A stretch of 64,000 bases of DNA from an uncultured Bifidobacterium sp. (GTDB lineage Bacteria > Verrucomicrobiota > Verrucomicrobiia > Limisphaerales > JADJPG01), in NCBI GenBank assembly GCA_964491875.1, contig CAZBIC010000037.1, forward strand, positions 4,567 through 68,566, read 5' to 3'. Shown one piece after another: positions 37,263 to 47,424 of this stretch. The notes under the pieces are model-generated. The model was given only the letters and a program-made list of their open reading frames with translations, did not search any database and was not told where the DNA came from. The translations under genes were made by a program, and so were the position numbers. How positions within the stretch are numbered: position 1 is the stretch's first letter; the number at the start of each line of letters is the position of its first letter.

Positions 37263-38332
37263 ACGCAACAAGCTCCCCCTGGCCCGGCGTGATTCGCCGC
37301 TACGCCGAATATCTTCCTGTCACCGCGGAGACGCCCATCGTCACGCTGCTCGAAGGCAACACGCCGCTGATTCCCGCGCCGAACTTCGTTGAAGCCATCG
37401 GCGGCAAGTTCCAGCTCTTCCTCAAATACGAGGCGCTGAATCCGACGTGCTCGTTCAAGGATCGCGGCATGACCATGGCCGTTTCGAAGGCCAAGGAACG
37501 CGGCGCCGAAGTCGTCATCTGCGCCAGCACCGGCAACACCTCCGCCAGCGCCGCCGCCTACGCCGCGCGCGCGAAGATGAAATGCGTGGTGCTGCTCCCG
37601 CATGGCAAAATTGCCCAGGGCAAGCTCGCGCAGGCGCTCATGTACGGCGCGACCACCATTTCCATCGAGGGCAACTTCGACGAAGCGCTGCGCATCGTTC
37701 GCGAGCTCGGCGAAACCGGCAAAGTGGAAGTCGTCAACAGCGTGAACCCGGTGCGCATTGAAGGGCAGAAGACGGCGGCGTTCGAGATTTGCGACGCGCT
37801 TGGCGACGCGCCGGACTTTCATTTCCTCCCCGTCGGAAACGCCGGCAACATCACGGCCTACTGGCGCGGCTACAAGGAGTATCACGCTGCCGAGAAGTCC
37901 GACACGCTGCCGAAGATGTTCGGCTTCCAAGCCGCCGGCGCCGCGCCGATCGTCGATGGACATCCCATCGAGAATCCACAGACCGTCGCCACCGCGATTC
38001 GCATCGGCAACCCGGCCAGCTGGCAGGGCGCGACCGACGCCGTGAAGGAATCGGAAGGCCACATCGGCAAGGTGACTGACGAGGAGATCCTCGCCGCTTA
38101 CAAGATGATCGCCCGCACTGAGGGCGTCTTCGTGGAACCCGCGTGCGCGGCGCCGCTCGCCGGATTGATCAAGGCCGTCCAGGCCGGTCTAATTCCTGAA
38201 GGCAGCTTGATCACTGCGACAATGACCGGGCACGGCTTGAAGGATCCCGACACGGCCATCAGCGCCGCCGGCTTTTCGCCGACCGTCGTTCCCGCGACCA
38301 AGGAAGCGGTGATGAAGGTTATCGGGCTGTGA
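37259..38332 (+). CDS. thrC: Threonine synthase
   Basis: PLP-lysine motif SFKDRGM, ASTGNTSASAAAYA and GNAGNITAY. ATGA overlap with hom. Confidence 0.92.
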   Translation: MNATSSPWPGVIRRYAEYLPVTAETPIVTLLEGNTPLIPAPNFVEAIGGKFQLFLKYEALNPTCSFKDRGMTMAVSKAKERGAEVVICASTGNTSASAAAYAARAKMKCVVLLPHGKIAQGKLAQALMYGATTISIEGNFDEALRIVRELGETGKVEVVNSVNPVRIEGQKTAAFEICDALGDAPDFHFLPVGNAGNITAYWRGYKEYHAAEKSDTLPKMFGFQAAGAAPIVDGHPIENPQTVATAIRIGNPASWQGATDAVKESEGHIGKVTDEEILAAYKMIARTEGVFVEPACAAPLAGLIKAVQAGLIPEGSLITATMTGHGLKDPDTAISAAGFSPTVVPATKEAVMKVIGL

Positions 38333-39549
38333 ACCCACAGGCGTCACCCAACGCCTCCCAGGATTTCTGGCGCGCGTTGCTGCGCTCCGTCCGAACACAA
38401 GCCACGCCGTTCTACCTGTTCTCGGTCGTCCCGATTCAGGAAGCACTCGCGAAACTTGAGCAATATTTCGGCAACCTGCCCGTCCGTCACTGGCTTTCAT
38501 TCAAAACCCAGCCGTTGCGTCCGCTCATCCAGTGGTGGCGCAATCAGGACCGCGACATCGAGGTCGTCAGTGAGTTTGAGTTCCTCGCCGCGCGCGCCGA
38601 GGGCTTCGCGCCGGAGCGCATCCTGATCAACGGTCCTGCAAAGCATCGCTGGCTGCCCAAGCACGCCGTCGCCGGGCTGAATGTGAATTTCGATTCCGTC
38701 AACGAAGCTCGCGCCCTCGCGCCGCTGGCGAAGGAACTCAACTGGCGTTGCGGCATTCGCTTCCTCACCAGCGAAGAGTTTGATCCCGAGAAGCCGGAAT
38801 TCGCCACGCAGTTCGGACTCACGCCGGCTGAAGCCTTGACGGTCATTCGCCTGCTCCGCCGCGCGAAAGTCCGGCTCGAGACCGCGCATTTCCATCTCCG
38901 CACGAATGTGGCTTCGGCCCACATCTACGAGCGCGCCGTCAGCGAAGTGGTCGCCACTTGCCGTGAGGCAGACTTCAGTCCGCGCTTCGTGGATTTCGGC
39001 GGAGGCTTTCCGCCGGAGAATGTCCGCACGCGCGGCAACAAGCCCGTCAACGGACAGTTCAAGCTCGCGGACATGGTCGGCGTTTACGAACGCACCCTGA
39101 AACTGTTCCCGGGCGCCGAGGAAATCTGGCTCGAGAACGGCCGCTGGATGAGCGCGCGTTCGGGCGTGCTTGTCATCTCGATCCTCGACATCAAGGAACG
39201 CGGCAACGTCCGGACGTTGATCTGCGACAGCGGCCGCACGATGAACGCGCTGATCTCGAACTGGGAACTGCACGACATCTTCACGCTCCCCGACCGTCGC
39301 GGACCCACCGCGCTCACCGCGATTCACGGCCCGACTTGCATGGCCTTCGATCAACTCGTCCGCCTTCCCCTGCCCGGCAGCCTGCGTGTCGGCGACCGGA
39401 TCGTCTGGATGGAAGCCGGCGCGTATCACCTCCCGTGGGAAACACGCTTCTCGCACGGCCTCGCCGCCGTTCTCTGGCACGACGGCAAGAGCGTGACTGA
39501 AGTTCGCCCTCGGGAATCGTTCGAAACGTGGTGGAACCAGTGGCGCTGA
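38329..39549 (+). CDS. Type III PLP-dependent decarboxylase (Orn/DAP/Arg decarboxylase family; divergent, lysA-like)
   Basis: Fold-type III landmarks: Lys in LSFKTQP, FGGGFP, ENGRWMSARSG (EPGR-like), CDSGRT (CESGD-like) and GAYH. GTGA overlap with thrC. Confidence 0.6.
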   Translation: MNPQASPNASQDFWRALLRSVRTQATPFYLFSVVPIQEALAKLEQYFGNLPVRHWLSFKTQPLRPLIQWWRNQDRDIEVVSEFEFLAARAEGFAPERILINGPAKHRWLPKHAVAGLNVNFDSVNEARALAPLAKELNWRCGIRFLTSEEFDPEKPEFATQFGLTPAEALTVIRLLRRAKVRLETAHFHLRTNVASAHIYERAVSEVVATCREADFSPRFVDFGGGFPPENVRTRGNKPVNGQFKLADMVGVYERTLKLFPGAEEIWLENGRWMSARSGVLVISILDIKERGNVRTLICDSGRTMNALISNWELHDIFTLPDRRGPTALTAIHGPTCMAFDQLVRLPLPGSLRVGDRIVWMEAGAYHLPWETRFSHGLAAVLWHDGKSVTEVRPRESFETWWNQWR

Positions 39550-39604
39550 GCGGCCGCAAAGGCGCTTGCCCGTTTTGAACCCCATGCAGTAGCTTCGGCG
39601 CGTT

Positions 39605-40789
39605 ATGGAAAACGATGTTCCCCCGCCGAATCCGCCCGCCTCACCCGCGACGCCGCCGCCACCTCCACCGCTGCCACCGCGTCCAGCGGTCAACCCGGCG
39701 CCGATCATTCTTGAGCGCAAACCGGCCGGGCGCGGCTGGATCATCGCGACCATCGTGCTGGCGATCATTCTCGCGTTCACGCTGATCAGCAAGATGGTGG
39801 GCACCGTGATGGAGTCGATTGCCAGCGCGGAAGGCATGGGCGGCTCGCCGCATCTACTTGAAGTCTCACTCGAAAACAACGCGTCGAGCGACAAGATCGC
39901 CGTGATCCCGATTGAAGGCATCATTAGCAGCGCGAGTTTCGATGGCAACGGATACAGCATGGCGGAGTTGGTCGAGGATCAGCTGAAACTTGCTGGCGAG
40001 GACGACCAGGTGAAGGCCGTGCTCTTGAAGGTAAATTCCCCGGGCGGCGAAGTCCTCGCATCGGACGACATTTACAACGCCATCATGAAATTCCAGAACG
40101 AGCACAACAAGCCGGTGATCGCGAGCATGGGGAACCTTGCCGCATCCGGCGGTTACTATGTCTCCGCGCCCTGTCGCTGGATTATCGCCAACGAACTGAC
40201 CATCACCGGGAGCATTGGCGTGATCATGCACACCTACAATTACCGCGGCTTGATGAACAAGGTGGGCATGAAACCGATGGTCTACAAGAGCGGCAAGTTT
40301 AAGGACATGCTCAGCGGCGAGAAAGATATCGAGAACGCGTCTCCGTCGGAGAAGGAGGAGATCCTCGAAGAAACCGCGATGGTGAACAAGATGGTGAACG
40401 AGACGTTCGAGAAGTTTAAGACGGTGATCGCGGATGGCCGCAAGTTTTCCAGCAACCGCAACCAGCTCAATGCGGAGGGCGAGACCGGACGCGCGCTCGC
40501 CACGAACTGGACTGCACTGGCCGATGGGCGGATTCTCTCCGGCAAGGAGGCGCTCGAACACGGCTTCGTGGATGAACTCGGGAACTGGCGGGCTGCGATC
40601 CGTCGCACTGAAAAGCTGGCGGGAATCGAGGACGCCGATTTGATCACCTACCAGGTGCCGTTCAATCTCGGCAGCTTGTTCAGCCTCTTCGGCAAGTCGC
40701 AAACCAAGAGCATCAAGGTGGACTTGGGCTTCGACCTTCCGAAACTCAGCTCCGGCCTTTACTTCCTCGCCCCTTCCTTCGCCCGCTAA
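39605..40789 (+). CDS. sppA: Signal peptide peptidase SppA (S49, 36K type)
   Basis: Pro-rich N-terminus plus a TM. Then LLKVNSPGGEVLASD, AASGGYYVSAPC and ITGSIGV. Confidence 0.85.
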   Translation: MENDVPPPNPPASPATPPPPPPLPPRPAVNPAPIILERKPAGRGWIIATIVLAIILAFTLISKMVGTVMESIASAEGMGGSPHLLEVSLENNASSDKIAVIPIEGIISSASFDGNGYSMAELVEDQLKLAGEDDQVKAVLLKVNSPGGEVLASDDIYNAIMKFQNEHNKPVIASMGNLAASGGYYVSAPCRWIIANELTITGSIGVIMHTYNYRGLMNKVGMKPMVYKSGKFKDMLSGEKDIENASPSEKEEILEETAMVNKMVNETFEKFKTVIADGRKFSSNRNQLNAEGETGRALATNWTALADGRILSGKEALEHGFVDELGNWRAAIRRTEKLAGIEDADLITYQVPFNLGSLFSLFGKSQTKSIKVDLGFDLPKLSSGLYFLAPSFAR

Positions 40790-40790
40790 C

Positions 40791-41414
40791 GTGAACTGCG
40801 TCACCGTCATTGCGCACCCGTTGGTGCAGCACAACCTCACCAAACTTCGCGACGCCCGAACTGAGCCGGAAGCGTTTCGTCGCGGCCTAGCCGAGGTCGC
40901 CAGCCTGATGGTCTACGAAGCCACGCGATCGTTTCAGACCAAGTCGGTGTCCGTGAAGACGCCGCTGACCAAAACCCGCGGTGCGCAATTGAAGCGCGAA
41001 GTGATCCTGGTGCCCGTTCTCCGTGCCGGGCTGGGAATGTTGCCTTCCATCCTCCAGCTGATTCCCCACGCGCGCGTAGGCTTCGTGGGGTTGAAGCGTC
41101 ACGAGGAAACGCTCGAAGCCAGCGTGTATCATAAAAGCTTGCCAGCGGATTTGAGCTCGTTTGAAATCATCCTCATCGATCCCATGCTGGCCACTGGGGG
41201 CAGCGCTGTGGCCGCGTTGAAATTGCTGGATGAACGCGGTGCGCAGCGGGTGCGGCTGGTCAGCCTGGTGGCGGCGCCGGAAGGCATCGCTCACGTCCAC
41301 GAACATTCCCCGCAGTTGCCGATATTCACGGCCGCGATCGACGAGAAGCTCAACGCCAAAGGCTACATCGTGCCGGGTCTGGGTGACGCCGGCGACCGGC
41401 TGTTTGGCGTGTAG
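40791..41414 (+). CDS. upp: Uracil phosphoribosyltransferase
   Basis: HPLVQHNLTKLRD, VPVLRAGLGM, the PRPP loop ILIDPMLATGGSA and YIVPGLGDAGDR. Confidence 0.92.
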   Translation: MNCVTVIAHPLVQHNLTKLRDARTEPEAFRRGLAEVASLMVYEATRSFQTKSVSVKTPLTKTRGAQLKREVILVPVLRAGLGMLPSILQLIPHARVGFVGLKRHEETLEASVYHKSLPADLSSFEIILIDPMLATGGSAVAALKLLDERGAQRVRLVSLVAAPEGIAHVHEHSPQLPIFTAAIDEKLNAKGYIVPGLGDAGDRLFGV

Positions 41415-41451
41415 GGATGTTTTGCAGTGGTTCCAGACAACTCTTCTTCTG

Positions 41452-42585
41452 ATGAAGCGCGAGAATCTATTGATGGTGGCGGACAGTGAACACTGCGCCG
41501 ACATGCTCTATGCCGTGGGCATGTTCGTGCCGGACCCGTTCATCTACCTTCGCATCAAAGGACAGCCGCACATTGTAGTCAGCGATCTGGAGATCGACCG
41601 CGCCCGCCGGGAAGCCCCTCATTGCCGGGTCATTGCCCTGAGCCAGTTGCAGCGCAAGCTTCGGGAAACCGGCACGAAGAAAGTCAATCTCGCGCAGGTC
41701 ATCAAGCTTTTGTTCCGAACCAAAGGCATTACCAAGGCTCTCGTTCCACCTTCGTTTCCCTTTGGACTGGCCTGTGCGCTGAAGGATCTCGGAGTCAAAG
41801 TGAAGTCCGTCGAGGAACGCTGCTTCCCCGAGCGCGCGATCAAATCCGCCGCCGAAGTGAAGAAGATCAGCGCGGCCTTGATGATGGCTGAGGTCGGCCT
41901 GGCCGAAGGCATTCAGGCGTTGAAGTCGTCGAAGATCGATCGCAAGCGCCGCCTCATCTACCGGAACAATCCTCTCACCGCTGAAAAGCTTCGGGCCATC
42001 ATCGATACGGCGATCGTGCAGTCCGGAGGATTGCCGGCCAACACCATCGTGGCGGGCGGTCGCCAGGGTTGTGATCCACACGAGCGCGGATTTGGTCCGC
42101 TGCGCGCCAACGAGCCGATCATTCTCGACGTCTTCCCGCGCTCGCAAAAGACCGGTTACTTCGGAGACATCACCCGAACCGTGGTGCGCGGCCGCGCCAC
42201 CGAGGCCATCCGCAAGCTCTACCACACGATTGAACGCGCGCAGGAGATTGGGTTCGAGAACATCCGACACGGCGCATCGGGACGCGATGTCCACCTGAAG
42301 ATTCGCGAGTTCTTCGATCGCGAAGGTTACAAGACGGGGAAGATCAACGGTCGCATGCAGGGTTTCTTCCACGGCACCGGACATGGCGTGGGACTGGAGA
42401 TCCATGAATCCCCGGGCATGGGACCCAACTCCACGGACACGCTGAAAACCAATCAGGTCGTCACCATGGAACCCGGATTGTATTACTGGGATCTTGGCGG
42501 GGGTGTACGACTCGAGGACATGGCGCAGATCAACCGGAACGGCATCCGGAACATCACGAAGTTCGAGAAGGTGCTGGAAGTATAG
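41452..42585 (+). CDS. M24-family Xaa-Pro aminopeptidase
   Basis: Pita-bread motifs: ILDVFPR..GYFGDITRT, FHGTGHGVGLEIHE and VVTMEPGLY..GGVRLED. The start is at MKRENL, clear of upp. Confidence 0.85.
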   Translation: MKRENLLMVADSEHCADMLYAVGMFVPDPFIYLRIKGQPHIVVSDLEIDRARREAPHCRVIALSQLQRKLRETGTKKVNLAQVIKLLFRTKGITKALVPPSFPFGLACALKDLGVKVKSVEERCFPERAIKSAAEVKKISAALMMAEVGLAEGIQALKSSKIDRKRRLIYRNNPLTAEKLRAIIDTAIVQSGGLPANTIVAGGRQGCDPHERGFGPLRANEPIILDVFPRSQKTGYFGDITRTVVRGRATEAIRKLYHTIERAQEIGFENIRHGASGRDVHLKIREFFDREGYKTGKINGRMQGFFHGTGHGVGLEIHESPGMGPNSTDTLKTNQVVTMEPGLYYWDLGGGVRLEDMAQINRNGIRNITKFEKVLEV

Positions 42586-42789
42586 GAGTAGCAGCGAGTC
42601 ACCCGAGTCTTTCTCTTCGTAGATCGAATTGGGAAGACTACCCGTTGTTCGCCATCCATTCTCACGAGGTCGCTTCCGCAAATGACCGCTTGGGCGCATG
42701 ACCAAATGTTCATGGTCAACACGAAGGTATCCTCTGGCCAGCCCATCCGCAGATTGATAACCTGATCGCCAATCAGTCAGAAAATTCCT

Positions 42790-43224
42790 ATGAACACTCT
42801 CTCGATCTCAGCCGAACAGTTGGCGTCTGTTAAGTGCCTTGCCCGTCTTCAACCAGCGGAAAAATTGACTCTGCTGGAACTGTTGGAGCCCGTCGAATGC
42901 GCTCAAGGCTCTGTCCTCTTCGAGGAAGGCGATACCGGGGACTGCATGTATCTCATCGTCGAGGGAAAGGTGCGCGTCTTCACGCGGAAACGCGGCGAAT
43001 CGGTCACCCTGAAAGTCTTGGACACCGGCGAAGCCTTCGGCGACATCGCTTTGTTCCATCATACCCCGCGCCTCGCGAGCGTTGAGGCGCTGGCCGACAC
43101 TCAGCTATTGAAATTGTCCGCGACCAGCCTGGAACGCCTGACCGCGAACCACCCGTCCATCTCGGCGAAGTTTCTCCATTCCCTCGCGGTGTCGCTAAGT
43201 CAGATGTATCGCGATTTCCGCTGA
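42790..43224 (+). CDS. Cyclic-nucleotide-binding domain protein (stand-alone)
   Basis: 144 aa. cNMP pattern: LFEEGDTGDCMYLIVEGKVRV......LDTGEAFGDIAL....PRLASVEA. Confidence 0.8.
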   Translation: MNTLSISAEQLASVKCLARLQPAEKLTLLELLEPVECAQGSVLFEEGDTGDCMYLIVEGKVRVFTRKRGESVTLKVLDTGEAFGDIALFHHTPRLASVEALADTQLLKLSATSLERLTANHPSISAKFLHSLAVSLSQMYRDFR

Positions 43225-43631
43225 CAATTCCTTCACTCCAGCAACGGCGATTCACACACTCTAGCCGCGGAGAAGCTGCATACCGAATGGTCAACAGCTA
43301 TCCAGCAGCTCCGGCAACTCCCGTCCCCGGTAGTTTGCCGGCGCAGGGAGAAATCGTAAGCAGGAGCACGCGTCGCTCGGACGAATATGCTCCTGCGTGG
43401 CGTTTCCGCCAGTTACCCCACCTCCATTTGCGTTGGGTAAATTCCTCCAGCGCTGACTACCGGGCATCTGCCATTCTCACCGCCACCCACGCAACCGAAT
43501 CAACGAGCTGCACTCAACCATCCACGTTCATATCGATCATCTACAATTCCACGGCCGGTTTATACGACTCCGCAAAATCGCCAGCGCCGCCGCCTTTACA
43601 CTCTGAGGATGCCCACCTAATCTCTGGCACA

Positions 43632-44717
43632 ATGTCGGAAACACGAAAGACGCGCGTGGTCGTGGGAATGAGCGGAGGAGTCGATTCCTCGGCGGCGGCA
43701 GCCTTGCTGGTGGAACAGGGCTACGACGTCATTGGCATTACGCTCAAGCTGTGGCCGCAGGACTGTGTCAATCGTGCCGAGGACAAGTGCTGCGGCCCGC
43801 AGGCTGTGACCGATGCCCGATCGGTCTCCCACAAACTGAACATCCCCTACTACCTCGTGGACGAGGCCGAGGAGTTTCAGAAACACGTCATCAACTACTT
43901 CGCTGAAGAATACCGCGCCGGCCGCACGCCGAATCCCTGCGTGATGTGCAACGACCGCTTGAAGTTCGGCACGCTGATCAGTCGAGCGCACAAACTCGGC
44001 GCGGAAAAAATCGCCACCGGCCATTTCGCCCGCGTGGAACCGAGCGCGGACGGAACCCGCTACCTGCTCAAACGCGGACGCGATCCGCGCAAGGACCAAA
44101 GCTACTTTCTCTTCACGCTGAAGCAGGACCAGCTCGCGCGCACAATCTTCCCGCTGGGCGAACTGACCAAAAGCGACACCCGCGAGATCGCCCGCGAATG
44201 CGAGCTCAAGACCGCGGACAAGGAAGAGAGCATGGAAATCTGTTTCGTGCCGGACAAGGACTACGGGAAGTTTCTCCAGCAATCGAATCTCGTTCACAAA
44301 CACCAGGGCGACGTGGTGGACGTTCACGGACGCGTCCTCGGCAAGCACGACGGCATCGAGTTCTACACCATCGGCCAGCGCAAGGGACTCGGCATCTCCT
44401 CGCCGAAGCCCATCTACGTCATCGAACTCGATGCGAAGAACAACCGCGTCGTGGTAGGCGATGATTCCGCGCTCGATCGCGACACCTTCACCGTGCAGCG
44501 CTGCAACTGGATTCCGTGGGAAACACCGCCATCGAGCATCGAGGCTACGGCGAAGATCCGCTACAACCATCCCGGCACACCCGCGACAATCTCTCCATTG
44601 CCCAACGGCGAGGCAACAGTGAAGTTGCACACACCACAACGCGCCATCACTCCGGGACAAGCCTGCGTCTTCTATCAAGACGACCTCGTTCTCGGCGGCG
44701 GTTGGATCGCCCGTTAA
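43632..44717 (+). CDS. mnmA: tRNA 2-thiouridine(34) synthase MnmA
   Basis: PP-loop VVVGMSGGVDSS, NPCVMCN and KDQSYFL. The start is at MSETRK; the track ORF carries a 115-codon non-homologous extension. Confidence 0.93.
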   Translation: MSETRKTRVVVGMSGGVDSSAAAALLVEQGYDVIGITLKLWPQDCVNRAEDKCCGPQAVTDARSVSHKLNIPYYLVDEAEEFQKHVINYFAEEYRAGRTPNPCVMCNDRLKFGTLISRAHKLGAEKIATGHFARVEPSADGTRYLLKRGRDPRKDQSYFLFTLKQDQLARTIFPLGELTKSDTREIARECELKTADKEESMEICFVPDKDYGKFLQQSNLVHKHQGDVVDVHGRVLGKHDGIEFYTIGQRKGLGISSPKPIYVIELDAKNNRVVVGDDSALDRDTFTVQRCNWIPWETPPSSIEATAKIRYNHPGTPATISPLPNGEATVKLHTPQRAITPGQACVFYQDDLVLGGGWIAR

Positions 44718-44904
44718 CAAGCTACCGGCTTCCTCCATTCGCCTTCAGTGCGAACGTCCAGGCGGTGAAAGATCGTTTCAGCATTGTGGACCATGCCGAG
44801 CAAACCTTCCGTGATCGCGCCCGCGTTCACTCCAACCGAAATCCCCGTCAACTCCAGACTGGCGACGGACCACTGGCTACATCATCATTCCTTGGTCACC
44901 GCAA

Positions 44905-47424
44905 ATGAATGCCGCCGTTGCAATCCTGGTCCTTGCGTTCACCGCCGCCAATTCGGCTCGCGGCGCCGCCAACGACTATTTGCGGCAGGTGAAGCCCGTG
45001 CTTGCCGAGCATTGTTACCGTTGCCACGGCGCGTCGCAGCAGAAGGGCGGACTTCGGCTCGACACCGTCCCGGCAGCGCTGAAAGGTGGCGAACACGGTC
45101 CCGCCTTTAAACCCGGCGCGAGCGCGCAGAGCCTCCTGATGCAAGCCGTGCGCGGGGATCACGACAGCATCTCCCGGATGCCTTACAAGAAGGCGCCGCT
45201 ATCTGAACCAGCCATCGCTGCTCTTGCTCGTTGGATCGATGCGGGCGCGGAAGCACCCGCCGATGAAGAGTCGGATCGAAATGTTCACTGGTCTTTCAAG
45301 GCTCCGGTCCGACCGAACGTTCCGGCGGCCAGCTCCTCCAAGCCCAAGCTTCATCCCATCGACGCTTTCATTCGCGAGCGTCTCGCGCACGAGAAGATTC
45401 GTCCTTCGCCGGAGGCCGATCGCGCCACGCTTCTCCGCCGGGTCAGCCTCGACCTCACCGGACTTCCGCCGACTCCCGAAGAGGTGGATCGCTTCGTGAA
45501 GGATCGCGCACCCGACGCCTACGAGCGGATCGTCGAGAAGCTCCTCGCCTCACCTCATCACGGGGAGCGCTGGGCTCGCTGGTGGCTGGATGCCGCGCGC
45601 TACGCGGACTCCAACGGCTACAGCATCGATGCCCCGCGATCGATTTGGAAGTATCGCGACTGGGTGATTCAGGCGCTGAACCGCGACATGCCGTTCGATC
45701 AATTCACGGTCTGGCAGCTCGCCGGCGACCTCATCGCCACCAACTCGCTTCCGCCCAACGTTTCGAAACTCGACCCACTCATCGCCACCGGCTTTCATCG
45801 CAACACGCAGATCAATCAGGAGGGCGGCATTGATCCGGAACAGTTCCGTGTGGAATCGGTGATGGACCGCGTGAACACCACCGCCACGGTCTGGCTCGGC
45901 GTCACCTTCGCCTGCGCGCAATGTCACGATCACAAGTTCGATCCGTTCACGCAGCGCGAGTACTACCAGTTCTACGCCTTCTTCAACTCAACGATCGAGG
46001 ACGGTCACGGCAAAGGCGCGCCCGACGGAATGCTTGAAGTGCCCGGCGAATTGGAACCTACCGCCAGCACTCCGGCTGAACTCGCCGAAGCGGAAGCTGA
46101 ATTGGAGCGCTATCTGAACACCAAGGGCAGCGAACTCGCGCGCTGGGAACAATCCTTGAACGCCGAAGCGCGGTCGAAACTGAAAGGCGATGTTCGCAAG
46201 GCGATCGACAAACCCTTTGCCGAACGAACCGTCCGCCAGAAGCGCGCGACGTACGCCGCGTTCAAGCCCGAAGATCCGAACTTCAAGCAACGCGCCGCGA
46301 AGCTCACCCAACTGGAGAAGAACCAGCCCAAGCCCGTCACCACGCTCGTCATGCGCGAGTTGCCCCAGCCGCGCGAAACGCGAATCTTCACCAAAGGCGA
46401 CTTCACCCGGCCCGCGGCGAAAGTTCTTCCGGACGTTCCCGCCATTCTCCATCCGTTCAACGGCGGCACCAACGCCACCCGGGCCGACCTCGCGCGATGG
46501 CTGGTTGATCAACGCAATCCACTCCTGGCCCGCGTCATCGTGAATCGCGTCTGGCAACAATACTTTGGCCGCGGCCTCGTCGAAACTGAGAACGACTTCG
46601 GCACTCAAGGTTCCCAGCCCTCGCACCCCGAACTGCTGGACTGGCTGGCGTGCGAGTTCATGCAACCAACCAGCACCAGCTCTCCTCCCTCTCCTGGGGG
46701 AGAGGGCCGGGGTGAGGGCGGACAAGAGAATTCGCGAAGCGCCAATTCACCTCTCGCCTGGTCGTTGAAGCATCTCCATCGGCTCATCGTCACCTCGGCG
46801 ACCTACCGTCAGTCTTCCAAAGTTCGGTCCGATCTCGCCCAATTGGATCCCAACAACAAGCTGCTCGCCCGCCAAAGCCGACTTCGCCTCGATGCCGAGA
46901 TCGTTCGCGATGTCGCCCTCTCCGCCAGCGGCTTGCTGAATCCGAAGGTGGGCGGCCCAGGCGTCTTTCCGCCGCAGCCCGATGGCGTCATGAACCTCGG
47001 CCAGTCCCGACGCGAATGGAAGGCTAGCACCGGTCCCGATCGCCATCGCCGCGGGATGTACACGTTCTTCTGGCGCGCCACGCCGCATCCCACGCTCACC
47101 GTCTTCGACAGCGCCGATGGCTTCAGCGCCTGCACCCGGCGCATCCGCTCAAACACTCCCCTGCAAGCGCTCACGCTTCTCAACGACGAGGCGTTCTTCG
47201 AGTTCGCTCAGGCACTCGGCCGCCGGATTGAAGGCTCTGCCCTGCACACGGACGCAGCGCGCATCGACCACGCTTTTCAACTGTGCGTCGCGCGCAAGCC
47301 TTCGGCGGCGGAACGTCGGAGCCTTCTCGCCCTGCTGGAATCCGAACGCGCCAACGCCGCAGACGCCTGGACTACGGTCGCCCGCGTGTTATTGAACCTC
47401 GACGAAACCATCACTCGCGAATGA
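44905..47424 (+). CDS. PSCyt1 / DUF1549 / DUF1553 (planctomycete-type cytochrome c domain) protein
   Basis: CYRCHG haem motif with GGLRLD, then RVSLDLTGLPPTPEEVDRFV (DUF1549) and CAQCHDHKFDPFTQREYYQFYAFFN (DUF1553). Carries an in-frame insertion at about 46668-46760. Confidence 0.9.
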   Translation: MNAAVAILVLAFTAANSARGAANDYLRQVKPVLAEHCYRCHGASQQKGGLRLDTVPAALKGGEHGPAFKPGASAQSLLMQAVRGDHDSISRMPYKKAPLSEPAIAALARWIDAGAEAPADEESDRNVHWSFKAPVRPNVPAASSSKPKLHPIDAFIRERLAHEKIRPSPEADRATLLRRVSLDLTGLPPTPEEVDRFVKDRAPDAYERIVEKLLASPHHGERWARWWLDAARYADSNGYSIDAPRSIWKYRDWVIQALNRDMPFDQFTVWQLAGDLIATNSLPPNVSKLDPLIATGFHRNTQINQEGGIDPEQFRVESVMDRVNTTATVWLGVTFACAQCHDHKFDPFTQREYYQFYAFFNSTIEDGHGKGAPDGMLEVPGELEPTASTPAELAEAEAELERYLNTKGSELARWEQSLNAEARSKLKGDVRKAIDKPFAERTVRQKRATYAAFKPEDPNFKQRAAKLTQLEKNQPKPVTTLVMRELPQPRETRIFTKGDFTRPAAKVLPDVPAILHPFNGGTNATRADLARWLVDQRNPLLARVIVNRVWQQYFGRGLVETENDFGTQGSQPSHPELLDWLACEFMQPTSTSSPPSPGGEGRGEGGQENSRSANSPLAWSLKHLHRLIVTSATYRQSSKVRSDLAQLDPNNKLLARQSRLRLDAEIVRDVALSASGLLNPKVGGPGVFPPQPDGVMNLGQSRREWKASTGPDRHRRGMYTFFWRATPHPTLTVFDSADGFSACTRRIRSNTPLQALTLLNDEAFFEFAQALGRRIEGSALHTDAARIDHAFQLCVARKPSAAERRSLLALLESERANAADAWTTVARVLLNLDETITRE

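Noticed and set aside
43287-43631. 115-codon N-terminal extension of mnmA. Similar track extensions occur for hom (35835-35957), the M24 peptidase (41230-41451), DUF58 (25294-25419), BatA/BatB, DUF1501 (47283-47420) and the 48983 gene (49679-49909).
   Set aside because: The extensions have no homology to the respective families and often overlap the upstream gene. Internal ATG or GTG codons give canonical N-termini and typical ATGA/GTGA coupling.
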